Source of the DNA: a virus
Lineage: Duplodnaviria > Caudoviricetes
Strand: one strand, 5' to 3'
Virus record (IMG/VR): IMGVR_UViG_3300020577_002532
Coordinates: 4,345-68,344 of that record
DNA length: 64,000 nt
How positions within the stretch are numbered: position 1 is the stretch's first letter; the number at the start of each line of letters is the position of its first letter. This document shows, piece by piece, positions 27,648-36,911 of the stretch. The position numbers and the translations under genes were made by a program. The notes beneath the pieces are model-generated. The model searched no databases and was not told the origin of the DNA. It worked only from the letters and a program-made list of their open reading frames with translations.

Positions 27648-28286
27648 GTGATTGTCAAAGAGGAGCGTTGGGATTCCCCAAACCCCCACCCTTTCCGGGT
27701 GGTGGGCTTTTATACGATGATGACCCCATACGAAAAAGAGAAAGATGTCCTCAAGCTTTCCTTGGAAAGCCTTGGGTATTCCTACTTTTTCGGTGGCGTC
27801 CAGAACCAAGGCTCATGGCAGAAGAATACCCAATACAAAGCCCGATTCATGGAATGGGTTTTGGCCAACATCCCCGGGCCGGTGCTGTATCTGGACGTGG
27901 ATGCGATTATGGTCCAGCCCCCGGTTCTCTTGGATACGATCCAAGCGGACATTGCCGCCGTCCACTTCTCCAACACCACGGAATTTCTATCTGGGACGGT
28001 TTACTTCAGCAATTCCCCAGTGTGTAAGGACGTGGTACAGCGTTGGATAGCTTTGAACGCCAAGTACCCAGTCAAACTCCCGGACGGGAGACCAGCTTGG
28101 GATCAACGCACTTTGGAAATGGCTATCCGGGAAACTCCGGGTTGTAAGTTTGTTGAGCTTCCTCAGGAGTACACTTGGATCACGGAGTTGACTCAGAAGA
28201 GATACCCGGGATTGGCCCCTGTGATCATGCATACCCGTGGGGCGTATCGTTTCAAACGGCAGATTAATCGTGGGAGGGCCGAATGA
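27648..28286 (+). CDS. GT-A fold glycosyltransferase (nucleotide-diphospho-sugar transferase / GT77-like)
   Basis: VLYLDVDA (DxD), FLSGTVYF, WDQRTL and VELPQEY motifs. Confidence 0.8.
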   Translation: MIVKEERWDSPNPHPFRVVGFYTMMTPYEKEKDVLKLSLESLGYSYFFGGVQNQGSWQKNTQYKARFMEWVLANIPGPVLYLDVDAIMVQPPVLLDTIQADIAAVHFSNTTEFLSGTVYFSNSPVCKDVVQRWIALNAKYPVKLPDGRPAWDQRTLEMAIRETPGCKFVELPQEYTWITELTQKRYPGLAPVIMHTRGAYRFKRQINRGRAE

Positions 28287-29548
28287 ACATTTGGGTAGTC
28301 TGGCCAACCGTCCACCCCCAGCTTTCCCGGGACATGGCAAAGAAGTGGAAAGCCTTGGGCTACAAGGTAGCCATTCTGGTTAACCCTCCGCACGACCGGG
28401 AGGATTTAGGTGCAGATAAAGTCATCGTGCAGCAGAAGTGGGCCGGATTTCCAAAAGCTGCAAACGCCTTATGTCGATCTGTGGATGCTGATATCGTAGT
28501 GGCCGCTGGAGATGATGTCCACCCCGATTCCACAAGGATCATGCAGGAAGTGGGAGCCCAGTTTTTGGAGCGTTTCCCGGATTTGTTTGGAGTCATGCAG
28601 CCTACGGGGGATGACTTTGCGAACACTTCCATCTGCGCCGTTTCTCCTTGGATTGGAAGGACTTTCATTGAGAAGGCTTACAATGGGAATGGGCCGTTCT
28701 GGGAGGAGTATTTCCATTACTACTCAGACCATGAACTCCAAGTGGTTGCGGAAATACTTGGGGCCTTCCACCAGCGAAAGGACATAACCCAATACCACGA
28801 TCATTGGCAACGCCGTGGGGAGCAGCGCCCACCCCATCTCCAGAAGGCCCAACAAATGTGGAAGCGGGACCGGATGCTGTTTGAGGAGCGGAAGAAACGC
28901 AATTTCCCAGGCCACGAGGTAACGGGAATGACCCATCTTCAACAGACCAACGCTTGGAGAAACCAATACCGCGCAGGCCCGGGGGAGCTGGAATCGGTGA
29001 GTGGGTATGGTTCCTACTTGGAGAACACCAAGGAGATACGGGAAGCCTTGCCCGGGATTTTCACAGCCTACGACATCAAGACCTTCACCGACATCCCATG
29101 CGGAGATTGGAACTGGATGAAGGAGGTTGATCTGGGAGGGATTGAATACCGTGGGTATGATATCGTCCCAGAGATGATTCTAGCCAACCAAGCAAAGTAT
29201 GGGAAGTTGGAAGGAATAACCTTTGGGGTGAGGAACATCGTGGAAGACTCCATCCCCAAATCAGACTTGGTAATGTGCCGGGACCTCCTGTTCCATCTCT
29301 CCAACTGGTGGATAACCAAGGTTTTGAAGAACATCAAGGTCAGCGGTTCCAAGCTTTTCCTTTCCACCTCATTCCCCAATGTAAAGGTGAATGACCCCTT
29401 GGAGATGGGAGGTTCCATAGGCTGGCGTCCAATCAACCTTTGCCTCCCACCCTTCAATCTACCCAAGCCCATCGAGTTCATACAGGAGAACAATTCCCAC
29501 GCCTGTCGCGGGAGGATTGTTGGCCTGTGGAATGTGAGGGACCTCTAA
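28283..29548 (+). CDS. GT2-like + class I SAM methyltransferase fusion
   Basis: VAAGDDVHPD and FHYYSDHEL in the N-terminal part; SGYGS, DIPCGDWNWM, YRGYDIV and DLVMCRDLLFHL in the C-terminal part. Confidence 0.85.
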   Translation: MNIWVVWPTVHPQLSRDMAKKWKALGYKVAILVNPPHDREDLGADKVIVQQKWAGFPKAANALCRSVDADIVVAAGDDVHPDSTRIMQEVGAQFLERFPDLFGVMQPTGDDFANTSICAVSPWIGRTFIEKAYNGNGPFWEEYFHYYSDHELQVVAEILGAFHQRKDITQYHDHWQRRGEQRPPHLQKAQQMWKRDRMLFEERKKRNFPGHEVTGMTHLQQTNAWRNQYRAGPGELESVSGYGSYLENTKEIREALPGIFTAYDIKTFTDIPCGDWNWMKEVDLGGIEYRGYDIVPEMILANQAKYGKLEGITFGVRNIVEDSIPKSDLVMCRDLLFHLSNWWITKVLKNIKVSGSKLFLSTSFPNVKVNDPLEMGGSIGWRPINLCLPPFNLPKPIEFIQENNSHACRGRIVGLWNVRDL

Positions 29549-30117
29549 TGGCTTTTGAATGCGTCGTTTCCAAGGAGCATCCCCATCTGGGTGGGAACAT
29601 TCCCGGGGGAGATTCCTTCACCTTCTGTCCCGGACTTTGGGATTGGATAGTCCCAACCTTTGCCGTTAAATCCGTCTTGGATGTAGGTTGTGGGGAAGGC
29701 AATGCCCTTCTCTACTTCCGCCAGCTTGGGGTTCAAGCCATAGGTTTGGAGGGCCTTGCTGAGAATGCCTCCAAAGCTTTTGACCCCGTTATCATCGCAG
29801 ACCTAACCAAAGGCCCCATCATTCTCGCCAACATTGACTTGGTGTGGTGTTGCGAGGTAGTGGAGCACGTGGACGCCAAGTATTTGGACTACTTGTTAGC
29901 CACCATCTCTGTGGGAAGGATGTTGGCGATGACCGCAGCAGAACCGGGACAGCCCGGGCATCACCATGTAAATTGCCGACCAATTGAGTATTGGGTCAAT
30001 CACCTTTCCCGGTTCAAGATGAAGTATGACTCAAACCTTACAGAGATGGGAAAGTCCAAACTCCCAAAGAACAACCACTTCAATTGGCATGGGATGATTT
30101 TCAGGAGGGAATCATGA
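29548..30117 (+). CDS. Class I SAM-dependent methyltransferase
   Basis: SVLDVGCGEG and DLVWCCEVVEHV motifs. Confidence 0.88.
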   Translation: MAFECVVSKEHPHLGGNIPGGDSFTFCPGLWDWIVPTFAVKSVLDVGCGEGNALLYFRQLGVQAIGLEGLAENASKAFDPVIIADLTKGPIILANIDLVWCCEVVEHVDAKYLDYLLATISVGRMLAMTAAEPGQPGHHHVNCRPIEYWVNHLSRFKMKYDSNLTEMGKSKLPKNNHFNWHGMIFRRES

Positions 30118-30833
30118 TCATTCTAACCACGGCTCTTCACTACGACAAGCAGGACGTTCTGGCCTTCCACCAGTCTCTTTTGGCTTCTGGATTCGTGGGA
30201 AGCCTGGTGGTGTTGTCTAACAATTGTAAAGCTGCCTCTTTCCTGTCTGGGGAAGGAGCCCATATCATCCGGGACAAAGAAACTGGGTACCCCATCAACA
30301 CCCGGAGGTTTCTGGCGTACCGGGATTTTCTGAGAGGGGTGACTGAGCCCGTACTCATAACCGACATCCGGGATGTTATCTTCCAACAGAACCCAGAGAA
30401 ACACATGCCCTCCTCAGGGGTAAACGCCTTCCAAGAGTGGGAGGGAATGACCATAGGGAAATGCCCCTACAACTCCAAGTGGATGCAGCAGGTGTTTGGG
30501 ACGGTTAAATGGGCAGACCTTCCCATCATCTGCGCAGGAGTGACCTCAGGCCTTTTGTCGGATTACTGTTCTGAGATGTGGGAGATGCTTTCCACCCTTC
30601 CTCCCATCATAGGCTTGGACCAAGCCGTTCACAACCACCTGTTCTACTCCTGTAAAGTGCCGGCAAAAGTTTGGGCGAATGAGGAGGCCCCCGTGTACAC
30701 CGTTGGGTACATCCCAAGGGAAACGGTTTCCATTAATGAGGGCGTGATCTCCAATCGGGCCAACGCGATTCCTTGCATGGTCCACCAGTACGATAGGCAC
30801 CAGAACCTCAAAGGAGGCATCCCATGGCGGTAG
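30114..30833 (+). CDS. Putative GT-A glycosyltransferase
   Basis: VLITDIRDVIFQ, IICAG, DQAVHN and MVHQYDRH motifs. Confidence 0.7.
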   Translation: MIILTTALHYDKQDVLAFHQSLLASGFVGSLVVLSNNCKAASFLSGEGAHIIRDKETGYPINTRRFLAYRDFLRGVTEPVLITDIRDVIFQQNPEKHMPSSGVNAFQEWEGMTIGKCPYNSKWMQQVFGTVKWADLPIICAGVTSGLLSDYCSEMWEMLSTLPPIIGLDQAVHNHLFYSCKVPAKVWANEEAPVYTVGYIPRETVSINEGVISNRANAIPCMVHQYDRHQNLKGGIPWR

Positions 30834-31402
30834 GGTCTCAGTATGGGGAAGACCTAGTGTTGGAGGACTTCTTCAGGGGTCAGGAAAAGGGTTTCTTGGT
30901 AGATGTTGGGGCTGCGGACGGACAGGACAATTCCAACTCTTGGAATCTCCTCAAACGTCCTGGATGGGGAGGCATCCTGATCGAACCAGAGATCAGCCAG
31001 TTCAAGGTGTTGGAGAAACGGTACAAGGACCGGCAGAACGTCAAATGCGTCCAGTGCGCCATAGGCTCCAGCCCGGGGATGACTACCATTTTCTGCTCCA
31101 AGCAAGTCTCCACCCTCCTCCCAAGTTGGAGGGACCGGTGTATTGAGGTCCACGGAGTCCCATACACCGAGCAACTGGTGGCCGTGAGGACTTTGACCAC
31201 CGTACTGGACTGGTTGGGACTCACCCCAACGTTTGATTTCCTGTCCATAGACTGCGAGGGGATGGATTATGAAGTCCTTCAGTCCTTGGACCTGTCCCGA
31301 TTCACCCCCAAGTTGATTTGTTTGGAATGCAAAGGGGTCACCATCCCCGGGTACCAAACCCTTTGCTCAACGGGAGGAAACACTTTCTATGTTAAATCCT
31401 GA
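30824..31402 (+). CDS. FkbM-family methyltransferase
   Basis: SQYGED, LVDVGAADG, GILIEP and FLSIDCEGMD motifs. Confidence 0.9.
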   Translation: MAVGSQYGEDLVLEDFFRGQEKGFLVDVGAADGQDNSNSWNLLKRPGWGGILIEPEISQFKVLEKRYKDRQNVKCVQCAIGSSPGMTTIFCSKQVSTLLPSWRDRCIEVHGVPYTEQLVAVRTLTTVLDWLGLTPTFDFLSIDCEGMDYEVLQSLDLSRFTPKLICLECKGVTIPGYQTLCSTGGNTFYVKS

Positions 31403-32183
31403 ATGGATAGATCACCCGATTGATTGCGAGAGGGTGGCCAACCTAGCTGGGGCCCACTACAAGGATGAGCGAGTGGGGCAAGGTCCCATCCGGTACTGCC
31501 GCACCCATTTTATGGTGGATAATATTCCTGAACTGGAGAAGGGCCCACCCTGTGTCCTGATCACCAGCGGGAGTGATGCGAGCGTGATGCGGGAGGATGT
31601 TCGCAGACTACCTGAGAACGTTCGACAGTGGTTCTCCACCAACGTCATGGTCCAGGATCAACGAGTGTTGAGCCTTCCCATCGGCTTCATTTTCAACCAC
31701 CCACGCTTTCTCATGATCCGGGCTGAGTGGGAGAAAGGCCCCATCCCCCGGGTGAACCTGATGTATACCAACTTCACCCGTAATGGGATTGCCTTGAGAG
31801 GCGTGAGAGACGGGTTGTATGAGGAGTTTGGGAAGTATTCTTGGAATACTACCAAAGGTGGTTCCTCCTACAATGACGTAGCCCCAGAGGAATTCTACCA
31901 CGATCTTCATAGCCACTTCTTCACCCTGTCTCCCCCGGGCGCGGGACCAGATTGCCACAGAAGCTGGGAGGCTTTAGCCTTGGGTTCTATCCCCATCGTC
32001 CTGAGATCCCAAGCCATGCGGATTTTCGATGATCTCCCGGTTCTCCAAGTAGACAGTTGGGCGGAAGTAACCCCAGGCCGATTGGAGTCATCCATAAAGA
32101 TTCTGACCCCAAGGTTTGAGACGGAAGCCATGCGGAAGTTGGGATTGAAATACTGGGAGGAGAAAATCAAGTCATGGGTTTGA
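31389..32183 (+). CDS. Exostosin/GT47-like glycosyltransferase
   Basis: FTLSPPGAGPDCHRSWEALALGSIPIV and DDLPVLQVDSW motifs. Confidence 0.82.
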   Translation: MLNPEWIDHPIDCERVANLAGAHYKDERVGQGPIRYCRTHFMVDNIPELEKGPPCVLITSGSDASVMREDVRRLPENVRQWFSTNVMVQDQRVLSLPIGFIFNHPRFLMIRAEWEKGPIPRVNLMYTNFTRNGIALRGVRDGLYEEFGKYSWNTTKGGSSYNDVAPEEFYHDLHSHFFTLSPPGAGPDCHRSWEALALGSIPIVLRSQAMRIFDDLPVLQVDSWAEVTPGRLESSIKILTPRFETEAMRKLGLKYWEEKIKSWV

Positions 32184-32815
32184 AACTGGTGTCTTTCAGT
32201 TTGTACGGGACAGCCCCACGATACTTCCTTGGAGCCGTGGAGAACGCCAAGGCCATTCTCAAGCACTATCCCGGTTGGGCTATGAGGGTGTATTGTGAGG
32301 ACACCTCTGATGTAGCTCAACTTATCTCCATGGGAGTCCAAATAGTCTACATGGGGAAAAGCCTTCAAGACTCCGGCATCCTTTGGAGATTCCTCCCAGC
32401 ATGGGAAGACGGTGTGGATCATGTAATCTTCCGGGACTGCGATTCCATAGTGAATCCCCGGGAAGCTGCCGCCGTTCAGGCTTGGATAGCTTCTGGGAAA
32501 GAAGCCCATGTGATGCATGACCATCCCCATCACATCTGTCTTCCCATGATGGGAGGTATGTGGGGAGTGGAAGGCAACTTCCTTCCCAACGTAATGCCCC
32601 AATGGATGCGGGCTTTCTCCGGGCTGACCAAAGGTGTCCAAAGCGCCCAACTCATGCAGTTGAGTATCTATCCCCATATCAAGGACAACCTGTTACGGCA
32701 TTCCTCAGTTCCGGTGGAATGGCCGTATGAACTCTTCCCACCCCATGAGTCTTGGAACGGATTCATTGGGCAGCAGCACGACGACAACTGGAAACCTGTT
32801 TGGCCTGTTTGTTGA
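32174..32815 (+). CDS. Putative glycosyltransferase (paralogue 1)
   Basis: SFSLYG, YPGWAMRVY, WRFLPA, IFRDCDS (DxD), HVMHDHPHH and MGGMWG motifs. Confidence 0.6.
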   Translation: MGLKLVSFSLYGTAPRYFLGAVENAKAILKHYPGWAMRVYCEDTSDVAQLISMGVQIVYMGKSLQDSGILWRFLPAWEDGVDHVIFRDCDSIVNPREAAAVQAWIASGKEAHVMHDHPHHICLPMMGGMWGVEGNFLPNVMPQWMRAFSGLTKGVQSAQLMQLSIYPHIKDNLLRHSSVPVEWPYELFPPHESWNGFIGQQHDDNWKPVWPVC

Positions 32816-32828
32816 GAGGAGAACTGAG

Positions 32829-33473
32829 ATGAAGTTGATCAGCATTTCCGTCTATGGGAAGAAACCGATGTACGTTCATGGGGCTTTGCTCAACATTCCC
32901 CTCATGAAACGATACTACCCGGGCTGGACGTTACGGGTGTACCATTCCATGGAAGCCCCTGTGAAAGCCCTCCGGGAAGCCGGGGGAATCCAGCTGATTA
33001 ACATGGGCCGGTCTTTGGAGCATTCTGGGATGTTCTGGCGATTCCTTCCAGCTTGGGAGGAGGACGTGGAGCGGGTGATCTTCCGGGATTCTGATTCCCG
33101 GTTGAATCCCAGAGAAGCCGCAGCGGTGAAGGAGTGGGAAGACTCTGGGAAGGTTGCGCACTGTATGCATGACCATCCCCACCACGCCTGTCTCCCGTTG
33201 TTTGGGGGTATGTGGGGGATTATTCCCGGGCATTTGGATCGTGAGTCCCTCCACCGGCTCAGGAAGGCTTTCCAATATCCCCAGGCCCGTGGGGCGGATA
33301 TGACTTGGCTTACCCGTTGGATTCTTCCCCAGATACAAACGTCCTTGATGAGGCACTCTTCCCAGAAAGTCCGTTGGCCGGGAGCCTTGCCTTTCCCACC
33401 GCATGAAGAGTACAAAGGTTTTGTAGGACAGCAGCACGACGACAACGGAAAACCAATTAATCCCAAAACTTAA
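32829..33473 (+). CDS. Putative glycosyltransferase (paralogue 2)
   Basis: Same motif series as the preceding gene (IFRDSDS, MHDHPHH, FGGMWG, GQQHDDN). Confidence 0.6.
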   Translation: MKLISISVYGKKPMYVHGALLNIPLMKRYYPGWTLRVYHSMEAPVKALREAGGIQLINMGRSLEHSGMFWRFLPAWEEDVERVIFRDSDSRLNPREAAAVKEWEDSGKVAHCMHDHPHHACLPLFGGMWGIIPGHLDRESLHRLRKAFQYPQARGADMTWLTRWILPQIQTSLMRHSSQKVRWPGALPFPPHEEYKGFVGQQHDDNGKPINPKT

Positions 33474-33513
33474 ACAACTTTCGGAAAATCCGGGAAAATC
33501 AGGTGAAAAGGTC

Positions 33514-33542
33514 TTGCCGATCCTTGGTTGTCGGGTTATAGT
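33514..33542 (+). promoter_or_regulatory. sigma70-type early promoter
   Basis: TTGCCG (33514-33519), a 17-nt spacer and TATAGT (33537-33542), with phased GAAAATC tracts upstream (UP-like). Confidence 0.7.
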
Positions 33543-33587
33543 CCTAGTACCGGACGACGGGGTGTCCGGCCTTGGGAGGATGGGACG

Positions 33588-34151
33588 ATGGGTAAAGCTG
33601 AAGACTTTGGGAACCGATGGACAGAGGCCCAAAAGGCCCTTCTCCGTGGGATCGTGGGGAAGCAAATCCGGGTTCAGATGGATACCCACCTGTATCTCAA
33701 CGGCGTGGCGGCTCTGGTGGAAACCGATTTTGGCCCCAAGATCATTGTACGGCTTCCTAATGGGACGGAAGTGGATCCCCCCAAGGGGACTTTTGAAATC
33801 AATCTCACTCCCATAGAAGTCCAGAAGGTCAAGGAGGAGCGGGAAGCCGCCCCAGAAGCCATCAAGGATTGGCCGGAAGCCCTCCAAGCCAAGCTGGAAG
33901 AGGACGTTTTGGACCTCGTGGAGCAGAACCAGAAGAAGTGGGGAAAGCATGAGGGAAGCCGCCAGAGCGGAATCCCCTTCACCATTCTGGTAACCAACCT
34001 TCGCAATCGGGCCTTCCACCGGGACCATAAGCTCAAGAGTAACCGCCACTGGGTTATGGGCCAGTGGAGAATCCGGGAATTGGAAGATTGGCTTCCTAAG
34101 CGTGGTTTCACGCTGGCCAATTCCAAGTTTGGTTTGGAAGTGTCGATTTAA
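33588..34151 (+). CDS. Hypothetical early protein
   Basis: GGAGG RBS; first gene after the early promoter. Confidence 0.65.
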   Translation: MGKAEDFGNRWTEAQKALLRGIVGKQIRVQMDTHLYLNGVAALVETDFGPKIIVRLPNGTEVDPPKGTFEINLTPIEVQKVKEEREAAPEAIKDWPEALQAKLEEDVLDLVEQNQKKWGKHEGSRQSGIPFTILVTNLRNRAFHRDHKLKSNRHWVMGQWRIRELEDWLPKRGFTLANSKFGLEVSI

Positions 34152-34192
34152 CCGTCTGGGGATTTCCCAGACCTTTTTGAGGAGAACGGACC

Positions 34193-34921
34193 ATGTTGAC
34201 GATCAGAGAACGGGCGAATTCCAGAGAAGTGAGCCGGGAGGACTTGGCTGGGATCAAACTGGTGGAACCACCCCGCGCTGGAGCCGGGTGGAAGGGCATC
34301 CCCCACAACCGTCTGGTTACCCAGCTGGAGAAGGGGTTGGCCAAGCGCGACATCAAGATCGTGGACCAGCACTGGTTTGTGGAAGGCGTGGACGATGGGA
34401 AGCTCACCGGCTCCATGGAACTGGAAATCCCGGGGGTCAAGACGCCTGAGGGGATGAACTATTCTCTTGGGATCAACCACTCGAACAATCGGGATTATGC
34501 CCTACGGTTTGCGGTGGGCGCCAAGGTCTTCATCTGTTCCAATGGGATGGTGGTCGGGGATTTCTGTTTGCAACGCCGACACACCTCCGGGTTTGATTTG
34601 AAGGAAGAGTTGGGAGACGGGCTGGATCAGTATCTGAAGTCTGTGCTATCTGTCAAGGACGTGGTGCAGAACCTGAAGGCCCGGGAGATGTCGCCGGAAG
34701 GAGTGGACCGAGTGCTGATGGAGGCAGGACGGGAGAAACTGCTGCCGTGGTCCCGGATTGGGGTGGTGGATGAGCAGTGGAGGAAGCCCCGCTTCAGCGT
34801 CTTCAAGGAGCGGAATGGCTGGAGCCTGTACAACGCCTTCACCTATACCGTCCAGAAGTGCCCGGCCCACGAGCAGATGCCGGCCATGAACCGCTTCCGG
34901 GAATTGGTGCTGTCCAACTGA
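34193..34921 (+). CDS. DUF932-family protein
   Basis: IPHNRLV, SLGINHSNN and VFICSNGMVVG...RRHTSG motifs. Confidence 0.75.
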   Translation: MLTIRERANSREVSREDLAGIKLVEPPRAGAGWKGIPHNRLVTQLEKGLAKRDIKIVDQHWFVEGVDDGKLTGSMELEIPGVKTPEGMNYSLGINHSNNRDYALRFAVGAKVFICSNGMVVGDFCLQRRHTSGFDLKEELGDGLDQYLKSVLSVKDVVQNLKAREMSPEGVDRVLMEAGREKLLPWSRIGVVDEQWRKPRFSVFKERNGWSLYNAFTYTVQKCPAHEQMPAMNRFRELVLSN

Positions 34922-34935
34922 GAACCCAAGGGAAC

Positions 34936-34962
34936 AGGGTGGGGAATTGGCCCCACCCTTTG
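34936..34962 (+). terminator. Terminator-like hairpin
   Basis: AGGGTGGGG-aattgg-CCCCACCCT followed by only a short T run. Confidence 0.55.
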
Positions 34963-34975
34963 AGGAGGACGGAAG

Positions 34976-35218
34976 ATGCTTACCATACGGATTGGAAATA
35001 CCCAAATCCAACCCCAAGTCCAAGGGGATGCTGAGTATTGGGTATGCACCCTTCTGGTACCCAGATACTTGGCCAAGGGGAATCTACGGACAATTTGGGA
35101 GCAGTTTGTTCAGGATGAAGGAAGAGGGATTCCAGGTGAGGCTTTCGCCCACCGTCCTTCCATGCGGTTCATTGAGGGTGACGTGATCTTCAGGCAGTCT
35201 GGGGGTCTGGACATCTAG
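34976..35218 (+). CDS. Hypothetical protein
   Basis: GAGGAGG RBS. Confidence 0.6.
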   Translation: MLTIRIGNTQIQPQVQGDAEYWVCTLLVPRYLAKGNLRTIWEQFVQDEGRGIPGEAFAHRPSMRFIEGDVIFRQSGGLDI

Positions 35219-35221
35219 GGG

Positions 35222-35353
35222 ATGATCATGGCTGAGACCAGATCGTATCCAACGGCTTGTCTTTCGGCCAACTGCGGGAAGACGGGGGATCAATGCCGCA
35301 ATTGTCCCCTCCGGGCTTCCAAGGACCGTTTTTTGAAGTGGGTAGGAAACTGA
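35222..35353 (+). CDS. Small Cys-rich protein (43 aa)
   Basis: MIMAETRSYPTACLSANCGKTGDQCRNCPLRASKDRFLKWVGN, containing four Cys. Confidence 0.45.
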   Translation: MIMAETRSYPTACLSANCGKTGDQCRNCPLRASKDRFLKWVGN

Positions 35354-35415
35354 CGCCAAGCTGTTGGATCCTACTTGGAGCCCAACGCTTTGGACAGCCC
35401 AGAAGGAGAGATAAC

Positions 35416-35646
35416 GTGGCCCATCGTACCCCACCGCCCGACGTCTGTAAGCATCGACGGCTTCTCAACAAGATTAGTTCTTTGGGGAATCCCAAGAACA
35501 ACTATCTCCACTACCTCAACCGGGAAGAAGCCCGTTGGACGGCCATTCGTTTGGATTACAATGATCCCCGATCTTACTTGGTGATTAAGGCTTTCCGCTT
35601 GGAGAAACAACGGATTGCCCAAGAGATCAAAGGATTGATCCGATAG
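35416..35646 (+). CDS. Hypothetical basic protein
   Basis: AAGGAG RBS; GTG start. Confidence 0.55.
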   Translation: MAHRTPPPDVCKHRRLLNKISSLGNPKNNYLHYLNREEARWTAIRLDYNDPRSYLVIKAFRLEKQRIAQEIKGLIR

Positions 35647-35701
35647 TAAAGCAACCAGGCTTGGAGGCCAGGTTGGGAACCTTTTGGACAAGGAGAAAGT
35701 C

Positions 35702-36151
35702 ATGTCGAACAAGGGTGTGGTGTCTTTCCGGGAAGCCTGTGAGGCCGCTGCCAAGATTCTGGAGGAGCGGGAGAAGACCTGTGACACCGTACAGGAGGCC
35801 CTGAGGGTACTCCATGAGAACCTCAAGGAGGAGCAGGCCAAGCTGGAAACCCGGGAGAAGAAACTGGACGCCCAATTGGAGTCCGTCAAGAACATCCGGG
35901 AGATAGCTGCCCAACGCAAGACGGAAGCCCTGGCCGCCCAAGACCAAGCCGTCAAGGCCCATGAGGCCCGGAAGAAAGCCGTGGCAGATTTGAAGGTGGC
36001 CATGGAGGAGAAGAAACGGCTGGAAGCTGTCGTGGCCACGCTATTGGTTGAGAAGGCGTCCTTGGAATCCCAGAAAGCGGACTTGGAGAAGGCTCTGGCT
36101 GAAGTCCAACAGTCCGCCATCGCACCCATTCCCGAATCAATGAAGGCTTGA
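35702..36151 (+). CDS. Coiled-coil protein
   Basis: Continuous heptad pattern; AAGGAG RBS. Confidence 0.7.
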   Translation: MSNKGVVSFREACEAAAKILEEREKTCDTVQEALRVLHENLKEEQAKLETREKKLDAQLESVKNIREIAAQRKTEALAAQDQAVKAHEARKKAVADLKVAMEEKKRLEAVVATLLVEKASLESQKADLEKALAEVQQSAIAPIPESMKA

Positions 36152-36156
36152 GGAGG

Positions 36157-36221
36157 CAGGGCGGAAGAGGGCCGCAGGCCCAACGGTTGGGGATTTCCCC
36201 ACTTACTTCCGCCCTGTTTTT
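36157..36221 (+). promoter_or_regulatory. Three-way-junction RNA element with U-tract
   Basis: An 11-bp outer stem CAGGGCGGAAG/CTTCCGCCCTG encloses two hairpins and is followed by TTTTT. Confidence 0.6.
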
Positions 36222-36290
36222 CCTTCTTGCCTTCCAACACCCGGGGGGTTAGACTACTAGGAACCTTTGGGAACCTGAGAGGAGAATAGG

Positions 36291-36911
36291 ATGAACGGGA
36301 AAGCTGAGAAGGTGTTCAAGAAATTCCGCTGGATCGCCAGAGACATCGCCCGCAGGACCTTCCGCCATTATGGGAAGAGTTACCGGGAGGTTTTGGGGAA
36401 TGCTGAGTTTGCGTTGGTGATGATCCTCAATGAGCCCAGTACGTTTGACCCCGGGCGCAACGTCTCCATAAAGACGTGGCTCTGGCGGAAGGTGTATTGG
36501 TACATCAAGGAAGTGTACGTGAGAGGACGCCACCCCCACCATACAGACCTCCGGGAATTCCGGGCGGGAGAAATCCCCTTCAGTTGTTGGGATAAGGAAT
36601 GGTTGGGAAATGGGGATGAGGAAATGAGTGGGAGCCGTGAAATCCATAAGGTTCTGGAGGAGAGGTTGGTGGTCAAACCCAACTGGTTCCAGAACCTCCT
36701 CCAAGAGGTGAGTGAGGAGGGTCAGGTGCTCCTCAGGACGGTGGTGGAGGCCCCCAAGGAAGTATTGGCGGAGTTGTATCCCAAGCGCAGGACTCCCGAC
36801 ATTGAGAACCGTCGTCAGGTGATCAAAGCCTATCTGGTGGACGTTCTGGACTGGGACCATCCCAAGCTTGATCGGGCTTGGAAGGAGGTACAGGAATGTC
36901 TCCTTCCATAG
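36291..36911 (+). CDS. Sigma-factor-like protein (region 2-like)
   Basis: IARDIARR..YREVLGNAEFAL..TFDPGRNVSIKTWLWRKVYWYI resembles sigma70 region 2, and a C-terminal helix pair is possible. Confidence 0.55.
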   Translation: MNGKAEKVFKKFRWIARDIARRTFRHYGKSYREVLGNAEFALVMILNEPSTFDPGRNVSIKTWLWRKVYWYIKEVYVRGRHPHHTDLREFRAGEIPFSCWDKEWLGNGDEEMSGSREIHKVLEERLVVKPNWFQNLLQEVSEEGQVLLRTVVEAPKEVLAELYPKRRTPDIENRRQVIKAYLVDVLDWDHPKLDRAWKEVQECLLP

